A stretch of DNA of 64,000 bases from Kordiimonas sp. (GTDB lineage Bacteria > Pseudomonadota > Alphaproteobacteria > Sphingomonadales > Emcibacteraceae), in the NCBI GenBank assembly GCA_002700365.1, contig PADB01000010.1:268591-332590 (forward strand), written 5' to 3'. Below the pieces are notes generated by a model. That model had not been told where the DNA came from and made no database searches. It saw only the letters and a program-made list of their open reading frames with translations. Every line of letters begins with the position of its first letter. Positions within the stretch are counted from its first letter, which is position 1. Position numbers and translations under genes: made by a program. Positions 52,715 through 61,960 of the stretch are shown one piece after another.

Positions 52715-53251
52715 ATGTCTCTTGATAACGTTCGTGCTGGCCTGAACCCGCCAGAAGAAATCAATGTCATTATCGAAGTCCCCGCCGGGGGCGCACCCGT
52801 AAAATACGAAATGCACAAACGCAGTGGGGCACTGCTCGTGGACCGTATTCTACATACACCAATGCGCTACCCTGCGAATTACGGCTTTATCCCGCATACA
52901 ATGTCTGAAGACGGGGACCCAACGGACGTATTGGTTGTCTGTCAACACGAACTCGTCCCCGGATGTATTATTCGCGCCCGTCCTATCGGTGTCTTGTTGA
53001 TGGAAGACGAAGCGGGAATGGATGAAAAACTGATTGCCGTCCCGGATACAAAAACAGACCCAACATATGAAGGTGTAAAGTCCTACACCGACCTGCCGCA
53101 ACTGTTACTGGATCAGATTCGTCATTTCTTTGAACATTACAAAGATCTCGAATCGGACAAATGGGTTAAAGTCATCGGCTGGGAAGACGCAGATGTTGCC
53201 ATGGAAAAAATTAGCGAAGGCATAAGACGCGAAAACGAAGAAAACAGCTAA
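52715..53251 (+). CDS. ppa: Soluble inorganic pyrophosphatase (family I)
   Basis: YPANYGFIPHT..DGDPTDVLV motif; 178 aa. Confidence 0.95.
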   Translation: MSLDNVRAGLNPPEEINVIIEVPAGGAPVKYEMHKRSGALLVDRILHTPMRYPANYGFIPHTMSEDGDPTDVLVVCQHELVPGCIIRARPIGVLLMEDEAGMDEKLIAVPDTKTDPTYEGVKSYTDLPQLLLDQIRHFFEHYKDLESDKWVKVIGWEDADVAMEKISEGIRRENEENS

Positions 53252-53274
53252 AAGTCTTTCGCCGCCATTTCTCT

Positions 53275-53317
53275 AAAAAATCGTCCTTCTCTTCCGGGAA
53301 GGGCGATTTTTGTTTTT
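53275..53317 (+). terminator. Rho-independent terminator after ppa
   Basis: TCGTCCTTC-8 nt-GAAGGGCGA (one G-U pair) followed by TTTTTGTTTTT. Confidence 0.7.
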
Positions 53318-53392
53318 CTCTGCCGTCAAAAGCCGATACAAAAGAATGATGGCGTATAGTCCAGTCCCTTAAAGACAAATTCAGGAAGACCT

Positions 53393-54904
53393 ATGTCCTA
53401 CACCTCGCTGCGCGATTTCATGACAAAATTGGAACAAGAAGGCCGTCTGGTACGCGTGTCGACACCGGTTTCAACGCATTTGGAAATGACGGAAATTCAA
53501 ACCCGCGTCCTCGCCGAAGGGGGGCCCGCGATCCTTTTTGAGAACCCCGTAGACGCCGACGGCAACCCAACGAATATGCCCGTTTTGGTTAACCTGTTTG
53601 GCACCGTTGAACGTGTAGCGTGGGGCATGAACAGGCAGCCCAGCGAACTTAGGGCCGTAGGGGATATGATGGCCTTTCTTCGCCAGCCGGAACCCCCGGA
53701 TGGAATACGTGAAGCTTTAGATATGCTGCCCGTTCTGAAGCAGGCCCTGAACATGAAACCGAAAATGCGCCGCAGCGGTCCGGTACAGGACATCGTCATC
53801 ACCGGAGATGACATTGATTTAAACACCCTGCCCATTCAGGGATGCTGGCCGGGGGAACCCGCCCCTTTGGTCACCTGGCCTCTTGTTGTGACCAAAGCGC
53901 CAGGTGAAAAAAAGAAGGACGATTTTAATCTTGGCATTTATCGCATGCAGCAACTGGGGAAAAACAAGCTGATTATGCGCTGGCTAAAGCACCGGGGCGG
54001 CGCGCAGCATCACCGTAGATGGAAGCACGAAGCCCAGGAGCCCTTCCCCGTTGCCGCTGTCATAGGCGCAGATCCCGCAACTATTCTCGCCGCGGTAACA
54101 CCCGTGCCTGATACGTTGTCTGAATATATGTATGCAGGGCTACTCCGCGGTCAGAAAACTGAATTGGTGGATTGCAAAACCGTCCCCCTGAAAGTCCCGG
54201 CAACGGCAGAAATAGTTCTGGAAGGGCATGTTTCTTTTGATGAATATGCCGATGAAGGCCCCTATGGCGATCACACAGGCTATTATAACGCCGTTGAACA
54301 ATTTCCGGTCTTCACGTTGACAGCGATAACGATGCGCCAAAACCCCATTTATCTGTCGACCTACACCGGACGCCCCCCCGATGAACCATCCGTCTTGGGG
54401 GAAGCCTTAAACGAGGTCTTCATCCCGCTACTGCAACAGCAATTTCCGGAAATTGTGGATTTCTGGCTACCACCGGAAGGCTGTTCATATCGCGTTGCTG
54501 TTGTCTCAATGAAGAAGGCCTATGCTGGCCACGGCAAAAGAGTCATGATGGGGGTCTGGTCCTATCTGCGCCAGTTCCTCTACACGAAATTTGTTATTGT
54601 TGTCGATGACGACATCAACACACGTGACTGGAAGGATGTTATCTGGGCGATTTCCACACGCATGGATCCGGTACGTGACATGACCCTTATTGAAAATACC
54701 CCCATCGATTATCTGGACTTCGCCTCCCCTGTATCAGGCTTGGGCGGCAAAGCCGGGTTAGATGCGACAAATAAATGGCCCGGAGAAACAAATCGCGAAT
54801 GGGGACAGGAAATCCATATGGACAAAGACATCATTGAACGCGTCAATGAAAAATGGGATCAACTCGGCCTCCCCGGCACGGGCACGCCTATTTGGAAGGA
54901 TTAA
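53393..54904 (+). CDS. ubiD: 4-hydroxy-3-polyprenylbenzoate decarboxylase
   Basis: UbiD-family length (503 aa) and motifs ([18 protein letters not shown]). Confidence 0.95.
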   Translation: MSYTSLRDFMTKLEQEGRLVRVSTPVSTHLEMTEIQTRVLAEGGPAILFENPVDADGNPTNMPVLVNLFGTVERVAWGMNRQPSELRAVGDMMAFLRQPEPPDGIREALDMLPVLKQALNMKPKMRRSGPVQDIVITGDDIDLNTLPIQGCWPGEPAPLVTWPLVVTKAPGEKKKDDFNLGIYRMQQLGKNKLIMRWLKHRGGAQHHRRWKHEAQEPFPVAAVIGADPATILAAVTPVPDTLSEYMYAGLLRGQKTELVDCKTVPLKVPATAEIVLEGHVSFDEYADEGPYGDHTGYYNAVEQFPVFTLTAITMRQNPIYLSTYTGRPPDEPSVLGEALNEVFIPLLQQQFPEIVDFWLPPEGCSYRVAVVSMKKAYAGHGKRVMMGVWSYLRQFLYTKFVIVVDDDINTRDWKDVIWAISTRMDPVRDMTLIENTPIDYLDFASPVSGLGGKAGLDATNKWPGETNREWGQEIHMDKDIIERVNEKWDQLGLPGTGTPIWKD

Positions 54905-54995
54905 CAGCCAGGACTACACGCCTCTATAGCAGCTTGCTTATCACGCAAGGCGTAGAATTGATCTTCTCTGTCAGTGAAGATGGCCACACACCCCG

Positions 54996-55508
54996 TCACT
55001 CTGCAGACAGAGGCAGGTCTTCGTCCCGTATCACGTTTCGCGCCATATTAATCTGCGCTGCGGCCGTCAGAATTTGTAATCCCCGCAGCATATCCTTCTG
55101 ATTGTCATGGCCCATCGATGCGATCAACCGATCATGGGTTTCTTGCCATACAGGCAGGCATCTATACAATAAACTGCGCCCTTCATCAGACAAAGATACA
55201 AGCTTCTGTCGCCGATCCGTGCCGGTCTTTAGAACCAACAGGCCATTTTTTTCTAATGGGCGTAAATTACGGGCGACCGTAGATGAATCCATCACCATTT
55301 CGCGGGCCAAAGCAGACACACTACTCTCCCCCAAATCTTCTGCCACGAGCAAAATCATAAATTGTGTGGCTTTCAAGCCCAAGGGACTGAGAACTTCATC
55401 ATAGAGCTTTGTTGCCGCCCTGGATGCCTTGCGTACCGCATGACAGACGCATATCTCAACGACCTGTTGCACTGCGTGCTCATTCTTACCCTTACTATAA
55501 TTATTCAT
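54996..55508 (-). CDS. MarR-family transcriptional regulator
   Basis: Winged-helix region LKATQFMILLV...LAREMVMDSSTVARNLRPLEKNGLL. ATG 55508. Confidence 0.85.
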   Translation of the reverse strand: MNNYSKGKNEHAVQQVVEICVCHAVRKASRAATKLYDEVLSPLGLKATQFMILLVAEDLGESSVSALAREMVMDSSTVARNLRPLEKNGLLVLKTGTDRRQKLVSLSDEGRSLLYRCLPVWQETHDRLIASMGHDNQKDMLRGLQILTAAAQINMARNVIRDEDLPLSAE

Positions 55509-55881
55509 TTCCCACCCCCACACATGAACATGTCACATTGTCCGTAAATACATATTTCACGTTGTGGCTATTTTGTAGATAGCCGCCTATGGCTCATGTC
55601 TTTAACACGCTCTCATAGGTACGTATTATAGCACGCTTGCTAAACCTTAGGATTAATATAGATCAAAGTCTAACGGGCCCGTCAAACCTTTAATGCTTAA
55701 TTTACCATTTTTTTTCGTAAAATTGTATATACATAAAAATATAGAGATTAATCTCACCCCTATAGAGGCTGGAATTTATCTAACAGCAATTCTATATATG
55801 GCGGTATATGCTCTTTACATGCGATAAACATGTGTAAGACTACATTGCTTGATTTTTTATATTTTTATCTTGGGAACCTAC

Positions 55882-57240
55882 ATGGCTGAAATTACCGCTA
55901 CGCGCCAGCAATACGCACTTGACCGGCTGTCCTCAGTCATAGAAAAAGCCCGCAAAGCCGGGGCGGATGCCGCTGATGCCGTCATGTTTGAAAGCACATC
56001 TGAATCCATCTCATGTCGAAAAGGTCATGTAGAGGATATCGAGCGGTCCGAAAATAATGATTTGGGGCTCAGGGTGTTTGTTGGAAAACGTCAGGCAATC
56101 GTATCAACCACAGATGTCACCTCTGAAGCACTAGGTACTTTGGCAGAACGTGCTGTCAGCATGGCGTCTGTAGCACCGGAAGACCCCTATTGCGGCCTTG
56201 CTGATCCAGAACTTATGGCCCACACCTTACCGGACTTAGACCTCTTTGACTCTTTTGATCCCACCCCTGAACAATTAAAAGAAAGGGCGCTGGCCACCGA
56301 AGATGTCGCCTTGCAAACGGCAGGTATTACCAATAGCGAGGGGGCCGGCGCAGGGTTTTCCCAGGGTTATGTAGCGCTGATGAATAGTAATGGTTTTGCC
56401 CAAAGCTATCGTTCATCCAACTACAGCCTGAGTGTTTCCGTAATCGCTGGCGAAGGGACCGCGATGGAGCGCGACTATGCCTATAGCTCGAAACGCCATC
56501 ACGACGACCTGACCGCCCCCGAAGATATTGGCCGTGACGCCGCCAGGCGTGCCCTCAGAAGGCTGAACCCTCAGAAAATAAAAACCGCTAACCTGCCTAT
56601 TGTTATGGAACCCCGCGTCTCTCGTTCATTGATGGGCCATTTAAGCAGTGCAATTAATGGCCATGGTATCGCGCGCGGCACCAGTTTTCTCAAAGACAAA
56701 ATGGGGCAGCAAATCTTTGCCAAAAATATCAATATCATTGATAACCCCCACTTACGCCGCGGCCCCGCTTCTAAACCTTATGACGGTGAAGGCTGCCAAA
56801 ATTCGCCTTTGCATATTATCGAAGATGGCATGTTAAAATGCTGGCTGCTTGATAGCCATAGTGCCCAGCAGTTAGGCCTTCATAGTAATGGCCGTGCGGC
56901 ACGCGGCACTTCATCACCGCCGTCACCCTCATCCACAAACCTATACTTAACGCCCGGGGATATAAGCCCCGAAGATCTCATAGGCGATATCGCACAGGGG
57001 GTCTACGTCACGGACCTGATCGGTATGGGTGTTAACGGCGTGACCGGTGATTACAGCCGGGGCGCGGCGGGATTTCTGATTGAAAACGGCAAAATCAGCC
57101 ATGCCGTAAGCGAAATTACAATCGCCGGTAATTTACTTGATATGTTTTCCGGACTAAGCGTTGCTAACGATCTTGAACATAAATATGGTACTGATGCACC
57201 CACTATACGCCTTGAAAATATGACCATTGCTGGCAGCTGA
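55882..57240 (+). CDS. pmbA: Metalloprotease PmbA/TldE
   Basis: TldD/PmbA family with the C-terminal GDYSRGAAGFLIENG motif. ATG 55882 follows GGGAA. Confidence 0.9.
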   Translation: MAEITATRQQYALDRLSSVIEKARKAGADAADAVMFESTSESISCRKGHVEDIERSENNDLGLRVFVGKRQAIVSTTDVTSEALGTLAERAVSMASVAPEDPYCGLADPELMAHTLPDLDLFDSFDPTPEQLKERALATEDVALQTAGITNSEGAGAGFSQGYVALMNSNGFAQSYRSSNYSLSVSVIAGEGTAMERDYAYSSKRHHDDLTAPEDIGRDAARRALRRLNPQKIKTANLPIVMEPRVSRSLMGHLSSAINGHGIARGTSFLKDKMGQQIFAKNINIIDNPHLRRGPASKPYDGEGCQNSPLHIIEDGMLKCWLLDSHSAQQLGLHSNGRAARGTSSPPSPSSTNLYLTPGDISPEDLIGDIAQGVYVTDLIGMGVNGVTGDYSRGAAGFLIENGKISHAVSEITIAGNLLDMFSGLSVANDLEHKYGTDAPTIRLENMTIAGS

Positions 57241-57241
57241 T

Positions 57242-58102
57242 ATGGTCGAAGACGACACCCATACGCCTGATATAGACCAGCTTTACTCTGACCTGGTTCG
57301 TATCGTTCGTAAGGCTGGCGACATCGCCCTTAGTTACTACGGTCAGCATATTAAAAGCTGGGACAAAAGCCATAACAACCCTGTTAGCGATGCAGATTTA
57401 GCCGTCAACCGCTACTTACAACAAGAGCTACAGGCACTCGATAGCGAAATCGGCTGGTTATCAGAAGAAAATGAAGACACACCACATCGTCTGAAATGCA
57501 CGTATATTTGGGCCGTGGACCCCATTGACGGTACCCGCGCTTTTTTACAGGGACTTCCCGAATTTACTGTATCTGTAGGCCTGATTGCAAATGGCCGCCC
57601 CTGTCTCGCCGCCCTGTATAACCCGGTTCATGACGAATTATTTCAGGCACGTTTAGGGCACGGCGCCCATTTAAATGGCATGCCTATACGTGTCAACGAC
57701 CATCAAGAAATTCACAATTGTCGTCTTTTTGCCTATCGCAGTTTACTTAAAAGCCCCCGGTGGACGACCCCCTGGCCCGATGTCAAACTCGGCATGGTCA
57801 ATTCTGTTGCCTATCGCCTTGCCCTGATTGCTGCTGGACAATTTGACGCCATCATTTCTCTGCAACCGAAAAATGACTGGGATCTGGCGGCTGCAGAACT
57901 GATTTTACAAGAGGCCGGAGGCGTACTGACAGATCGTCAGAACCGGACACACCAGTATAATCAGCAAAACCCGCAGATGCCCGCCTTAGTCGCCGCAGCA
58001 CCGCAACTGCATGCAAAATTGCTGAACTTTCTACAACAATATGACAGCCGCTATGACGCGCCAGCAGGTATTATTCATTCACCAGATAAGCCGCCGCAGT
58101 AA
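57242..58102 (+). CDS. Inositol-monophosphatase-family phosphatase (CysQ/SuhB-like)
   Basis: WAVDPIDGTRAF and NDWDLAAAELILQEAGG motifs. Confidence 0.85.
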   Translation: MVEDDTHTPDIDQLYSDLVRIVRKAGDIALSYYGQHIKSWDKSHNNPVSDADLAVNRYLQQELQALDSEIGWLSEENEDTPHRLKCTYIWAVDPIDGTRAFLQGLPEFTVSVGLIANGRPCLAALYNPVHDELFQARLGHGAHLNGMPIRVNDHQEIHNCRLFAYRSLLKSPRWTTPWPDVKLGMVNSVAYRLALIAAGQFDAIISLQPKNDWDLAAAELILQEAGGVLTDRQNRTHQYNQQNPQMPALVAAAPQLHAKLLNFLQQYDSRYDAPAGIIHSPDKPPQ

Positions 58103-58164
58103 CAAAAAGCCCAGAAGGCACAAAAAGCGCATAGCGGCACCCTTCTACCTGGCCCTATATAAAC

Positions 58165-58205
58165 AAAAAAAAAGAGCCCGCCGATTATTCGGCGGGCTCC
58201 CTTTA
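58165..58205 (-). terminator. Strong terminator after the porin gene (weakly bidirectional)
   Basis: GAGCCCGCCG-ATTATT-CGGCGGGCTC, followed by T9 on the minus strand. Confidence 0.75.
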
Positions 58206-58225
58206 ACTGTTATCTATTGTCGCGA

Positions 58226-58921
58226 TTAGAAAGAAGCGCCAACAGAGAATACAGCAGTCGCGTCTGTCAATGTGCCAGCAGCGTCTGTGTCAACATAAGC
58301 CAGTGAGAAGTCCAGGCCAGCGTAAGATGTGCTTACACCAATGCTCCAGTCGATAACGTCACCGCCGTTACCTGTTGTGATACCCACATGACCGTCCAGA
58401 GATACTGGAACATCTTCACCCAAAGGAACGCTTACGTCCAGGTATGGGTAGAAGTAGTCATTTGTGTTATCCAGAGCGTCCAGACCGTAGTACACACCAG
58501 CAGTTGCCGCAGCAACACCCAGATCAGCACCAACAGAAGCGTAAACTTCCACAATGTCGCCTGTACCGTTAGGGTTCAGTGTACCGTCAAACAGGTAACC
58601 GATCACACCAACGTCATAGCTTACGCCTTCAGCTTCGCCGCTGAAACCAGCATATACGTCGATCTCTGCATCAGAAGAACTTTGGCTAGAACCCCAAGTA
58701 CCGATGTAGAAACCACTTTCGTGACCCCAATCCAGACCACCCTGGATTGCGAAATCTTCGCCACTGAATGACACGCCACGGAAACGGTAATCAGATACGA
58801 ATGCAACATTTGCACTCAACTCACCGCCCATTAGGCCTTCTTCAGCCATAGCAGGTGCAGAAACTGCAGCAACAGCAGCGGTTGCAACAGAAGCCAAAAG
58901 TACTTTTTTAAATACGTTCAC
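58226..58921 (-). CDS. TorF-family (TIGR02001-like) outer-membrane beta-barrel protein
   Basis: Signal peptide ..AVSAPAMA, then SANVAFVSDYRFRGVSFS..AIQGGLDW, and a C-terminal Phe. GTG 58921 lies 6 nt after GGAGAG. Confidence 0.8.
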   Translation of the reverse strand: MNVFKKVLLASVATAAVAAVSAPAMAEEGLMGGELSANVAFVSDYRFRGVSFSGEDFAIQGGLDWGHESGFYIGTWGSSQSSSDAEIDVYAGFSGEAEGVSYDVGVIGYLFDGTLNPNGTGDIVEVYASVGADLGVAAATAGVYYGLDALDNTNDYFYPYLDVSVPLGEDVPVSLDGHVGITTGNGGDVIDWSIGVSTSYAGLDFSLAYVDTDAAGTLTDATAVFSVGASF

Positions 58922-59441
58922 GTTTCTCTCTCCATTTATATTTAGATCACCATACGTTTTTTTACTATCAACGCAGATGACCTTTCTGTTTACAAAAACC
59001 ATGCCAATACAGGCAACGCGGTTTTTGACATCTCCACGCAGGCTTTTTTTATTTATATAACAAGCCTTTGCGTCTTTCGCTTCCTAAATTTAGGATGATC
59101 CCCTGCCTTTAAGAAGAATGTATGTGCACTGCACAAACAACGAGCATTTAATATTAAAGTGATTAATAGTTAATCAATTATTAACAACGCCCGTTTTCTA
59201 AGCAGCTGCATGCTATAGTTGAATAATGGCAAGAATTTGTCCTGTCCAGAAAAATATGACATTTTTGTTTCATAAATTTCATCTTATGCCGCTACAGCTT
59301 CTGTTATGCTTAGGTCTTGAAGCAAAAAAGAAAAATATAATTCAGCTCGCTTACAGTGCTGTTCATCTAAAGACAGTGGTCAGATGCACTTGGAAAACGA
59401 CTACAACCGGCACATGGTGGCACGTCTATATTGGAAGGGCG

Positions 59442-60695
59442 ATGTTATACCGACTTTACTATTTTATTAGTGGGATTACAGAACCCATAGCGCGCCTCTA
59501 TCTGCAGCAACGCCGCAGACAGGGGAAGGAAGATATTGACCGCACGAATGAACGTCTGGGATATCCGTCACAGCTGCGCCCTGAAGGCCCGTTGATATGG
59601 TGTCACGCTCCGACCGCCGCGCAGGCTTCGGCCGTCATGCCTTTGCTACAGGCTCTTAGCCATACACATCAAATATTGCTGACAACATCGACACGCATTT
59701 CCGGACGCATCATGGCAAAACGTCTGCCGCCCACAGTCATTCACCAATATGTCCCCGTTGATTTGCCACCGATATGCAACCGTTTTTTACGCCATTGGCA
59801 GCCTGATCTTGCCTTGTGGCTGGAAAATACAAACTGGCCAACCTTGTTACATATGACCCAAAGTCATCATATCCCGACTATTCTGTTAAATGCGCGTCTC
59901 GCCTCTGCAAAAAAAGTGTCACGACCGAGGCTGCTACGCAAATTTACACACATCTATTGCCTGACAGATCACGACCGCTCCCAATTTCAAAAGATTTCTG
60001 TAGACAATGTCGAAACAACAGGAAGCTTAAAGTACGCCGCGCCTCCTTTGCCGCCTTTACCCAAAAAAACCAAAGCGTTAAAGAATGAGATTGGGCGACG
60101 TCCCACATGGCTTGCCGCCCTCACCCACCCTGGCGAAGAAACGATTATACAACATGTGTTGGGGGATTTACTGACGGCCTATCCGGACTTGTTAACAATC
60201 ATCGTTCCCCATGACCCCGCGAGAGGCGAAAAAATTCGTCTCAACTTTGAAACTAATGGCTTTACGGTCTGCCAACGGTCACGTTTGGAACCTATTACGG
60301 ACGAGACAAAAATATTCTTAGGGGATAGTTACGGCGAAATGGGACTGTATTATAGGCTGGCCCCACTGGCCTTTATTGGTGGCACATTGATTAATGCCGG
60401 GGGGCATAACCCACTGGAGGCCGCCTTGTTAAACACCTCTATCATTTCAGGTCCCTACATGCACCGTTTCCGCCATCCCATGGCCGAACTTCTCGCCGCA
60501 GGGGGGCTTAAGATCGTGCAAAATGGGGCCCAGCTGAGTAAAGAACTCCACCTGCAATTACAAGACCGTGACCTATGGGAACAGCGCGCCGCAGCCGCTT
60601 ACCTCGTTGCTTTAGAAGATCAGCCCCGGATCCCCCATGTCATAAAACATCTGGAAGCCCTGCTATCGGCCACAAATAATAGTCGCCATTTATGA
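59442..60695 (+). CDS. waaA: 3-deoxy-D-manno-octulosonic acid (Kdo) transferase
   Basis: MLYRLYYFISG..RLGYPS N-terminus aligns with the E. coli WaaA start, and GGHNPLEAA is present near the C-terminus. The tracked 72-codon upstream extension was rejected. Confidence 0.9.
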   Translation: MLYRLYYFISGITEPIARLYLQQRRRQGKEDIDRTNERLGYPSQLRPEGPLIWCHAPTAAQASAVMPLLQALSHTHQILLTTSTRISGRIMAKRLPPTVIHQYVPVDLPPICNRFLRHWQPDLALWLENTNWPTLLHMTQSHHIPTILLNARLASAKKVSRPRLLRKFTHIYCLTDHDRSQFQKISVDNVETTGSLKYAAPPLPPLPKKTKALKNEIGRRPTWLAALTHPGEETIIQHVLGDLLTAYPDLLTIIVPHDPARGEKIRLNFETNGFTVCQRSRLEPITDETKIFLGDSYGEMGLYYRLAPLAFIGGTLINAGGHNPLEAALLNTSIISGPYMHRFRHPMAELLAAGGLKIVQNGAQLSKELHLQLQDRDLWEQRAAAAYLVALEDQPRIPHVIKHLEALLSATNNSRHL

Positions 60696-60808
60696 GCACG
60701 ATTTTCCAACTGAGCCCCAAAGAAAAATAGTCCCGGTACAAGCAGCACGCACTATGGGTCACCCAGACCCACTACAATCAAACGCCCAGAAATACTGGGA
60801 ATTGATTA

Positions 60809-61642
60809 TTAACTCTGTGCCTCGGATAAAAATAACTGGGGGTCCAGACGCACCCCAAACCAATTCACGCCCCAATGCAAATGTGGTCCTGTAGCACGGC
60901 CCGTGGCACCGATACCACCTAACAATTGTCCCTGCTCTACCATCTGTCCCTGCTTCACATCCACCTTCGACAGATGGCAATAAACACTGTTCAGGCCATG
61001 CCCATGATCGATGAGGACCGTATGGCCCGTATAGTATAAATCCGCAACCAAAACGACCTTACCAGCCGCGGGAGCAATAACGGGCGTCCCTATTGGTGCC
61101 GCGATATCAAGGCCAAAATGAGGACGTTTCGGCACACCATTTAAAATGCGCTGACTGCCGTATACGCCGGAAACACGCCCTTGTGCGGGCCACACAAATA
61201 CTTGATTGACGCCAAGAAGGTCGGTGTCTGCTGTTCGTAATGCACGAACTTTTGCGGCCTCGCGGCGAATGCGCTCACGACGTTCTGCCGGGGGTGTTAC
61301 CATTTTGGACGGCAACCCATCAATATGCTGGATCTGATAATGCCGTTGTTTGACAGAAATCGTCTTTTTGTAAGCCTTCCCTGTGGGCAATACGACAGCC
61401 AGAGAAACTGTTTGTGGGGCATCACGGCCAAAACCTAAAATGAAGTTCCCCTGTTCACTGACACGCACGACCTGACGACCAAGACGCAGACGCGTTCCCG
61501 GTGCGGCACGTCCGCGTAATAATCCCCCCTGAACTGCTTGCCCTTGTAAAGTCACCTCTGTGTCTGCCGCGGCTGTCACTTCTAATCCAGCAACAAAAAC
61601 AGCCGTAAAGAGTATAACAACGTGAAAGACCTTAAAGATCAC
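60809..61642 (-). CDS. M23-family peptidoglycan metalloendopeptidase
   Basis: HFGLDIAAP...GHTVLIDHGHG...GPHLHWGV. Confidence 0.9.
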   Translation of the reverse strand: MIFKVFHVVILFTAVFVAGLEVTAAADTEVTLQGQAVQGGLLRGRAAPGTRLRLGRQVVRVSEQGNFILGFGRDAPQTVSLAVVLPTGKAYKKTISVKQRHYQIQHIDGLPSKMVTPPAERRERIRREAAKVRALRTADTDLLGVNQVFVWPAQGRVSGVYGSQRILNGVPKRPHFGLDIAAPIGTPVIAPAAGKVVLVADLYYTGHTVLIDHGHGLNSVYCHLSKVDVKQGQMVEQGQLLGGIGATGRATGPHLHWGVNWFGVRLDPQLFLSEAQS

Positions 61643-61853
61643 AGGCCTCCTGATAACGCTTTAGAGAAATAGCCGCTGTGGCATAGGCCTCTTGCAAATC
61701 TGCATTCCAATAACGAAGCTGGTTCAAGGGTATTTTTTCACCGGATAGCGCGCAATAGACAAACCCTCCCGAAGACAAAACCGTATAATCACCCGAAGCA
61801 TACTTTATTTTTGCTTCTGTAATCGTGAATTGCGCCTCTGCGTCTTTTAACAT
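61632..61853 (-). CDS. DUF2093 protein
   Basis: 73 aa; YASGDYTVLSSGGFVYCALSGEKIPLNQLRYWN. It lies in the conserved alphaproteobacterial position next to xseA. Confidence 0.75.
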   Translation of the reverse strand: MLKDAEAQFTITEAKIKYASGDYTVLSSGGFVYCALSGEKIPLNQLRYWNADLQEAYATAAISLKRYQEACDL

Positions 61854-61960
61854 CTATTTTTTCTCCTTAGTCTATTACCATACCCCGTCAGCTATAAACT
61901 CTCATCTTCAAACATCCCCCATTCACTCGTAAAAATAACCCGTTTTTATCAACAGGCTTT

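Noticed and set aside
59226-59441. A 72-codon N-terminal extension of waaA in the ORF track.
   Set aside because: WaaA homologues begin at the MLYRLYYF-type helix, as E. coli WaaA does. The extension is AT-rich and not protein-like, and ATG 59442 follows GGAAGGG.
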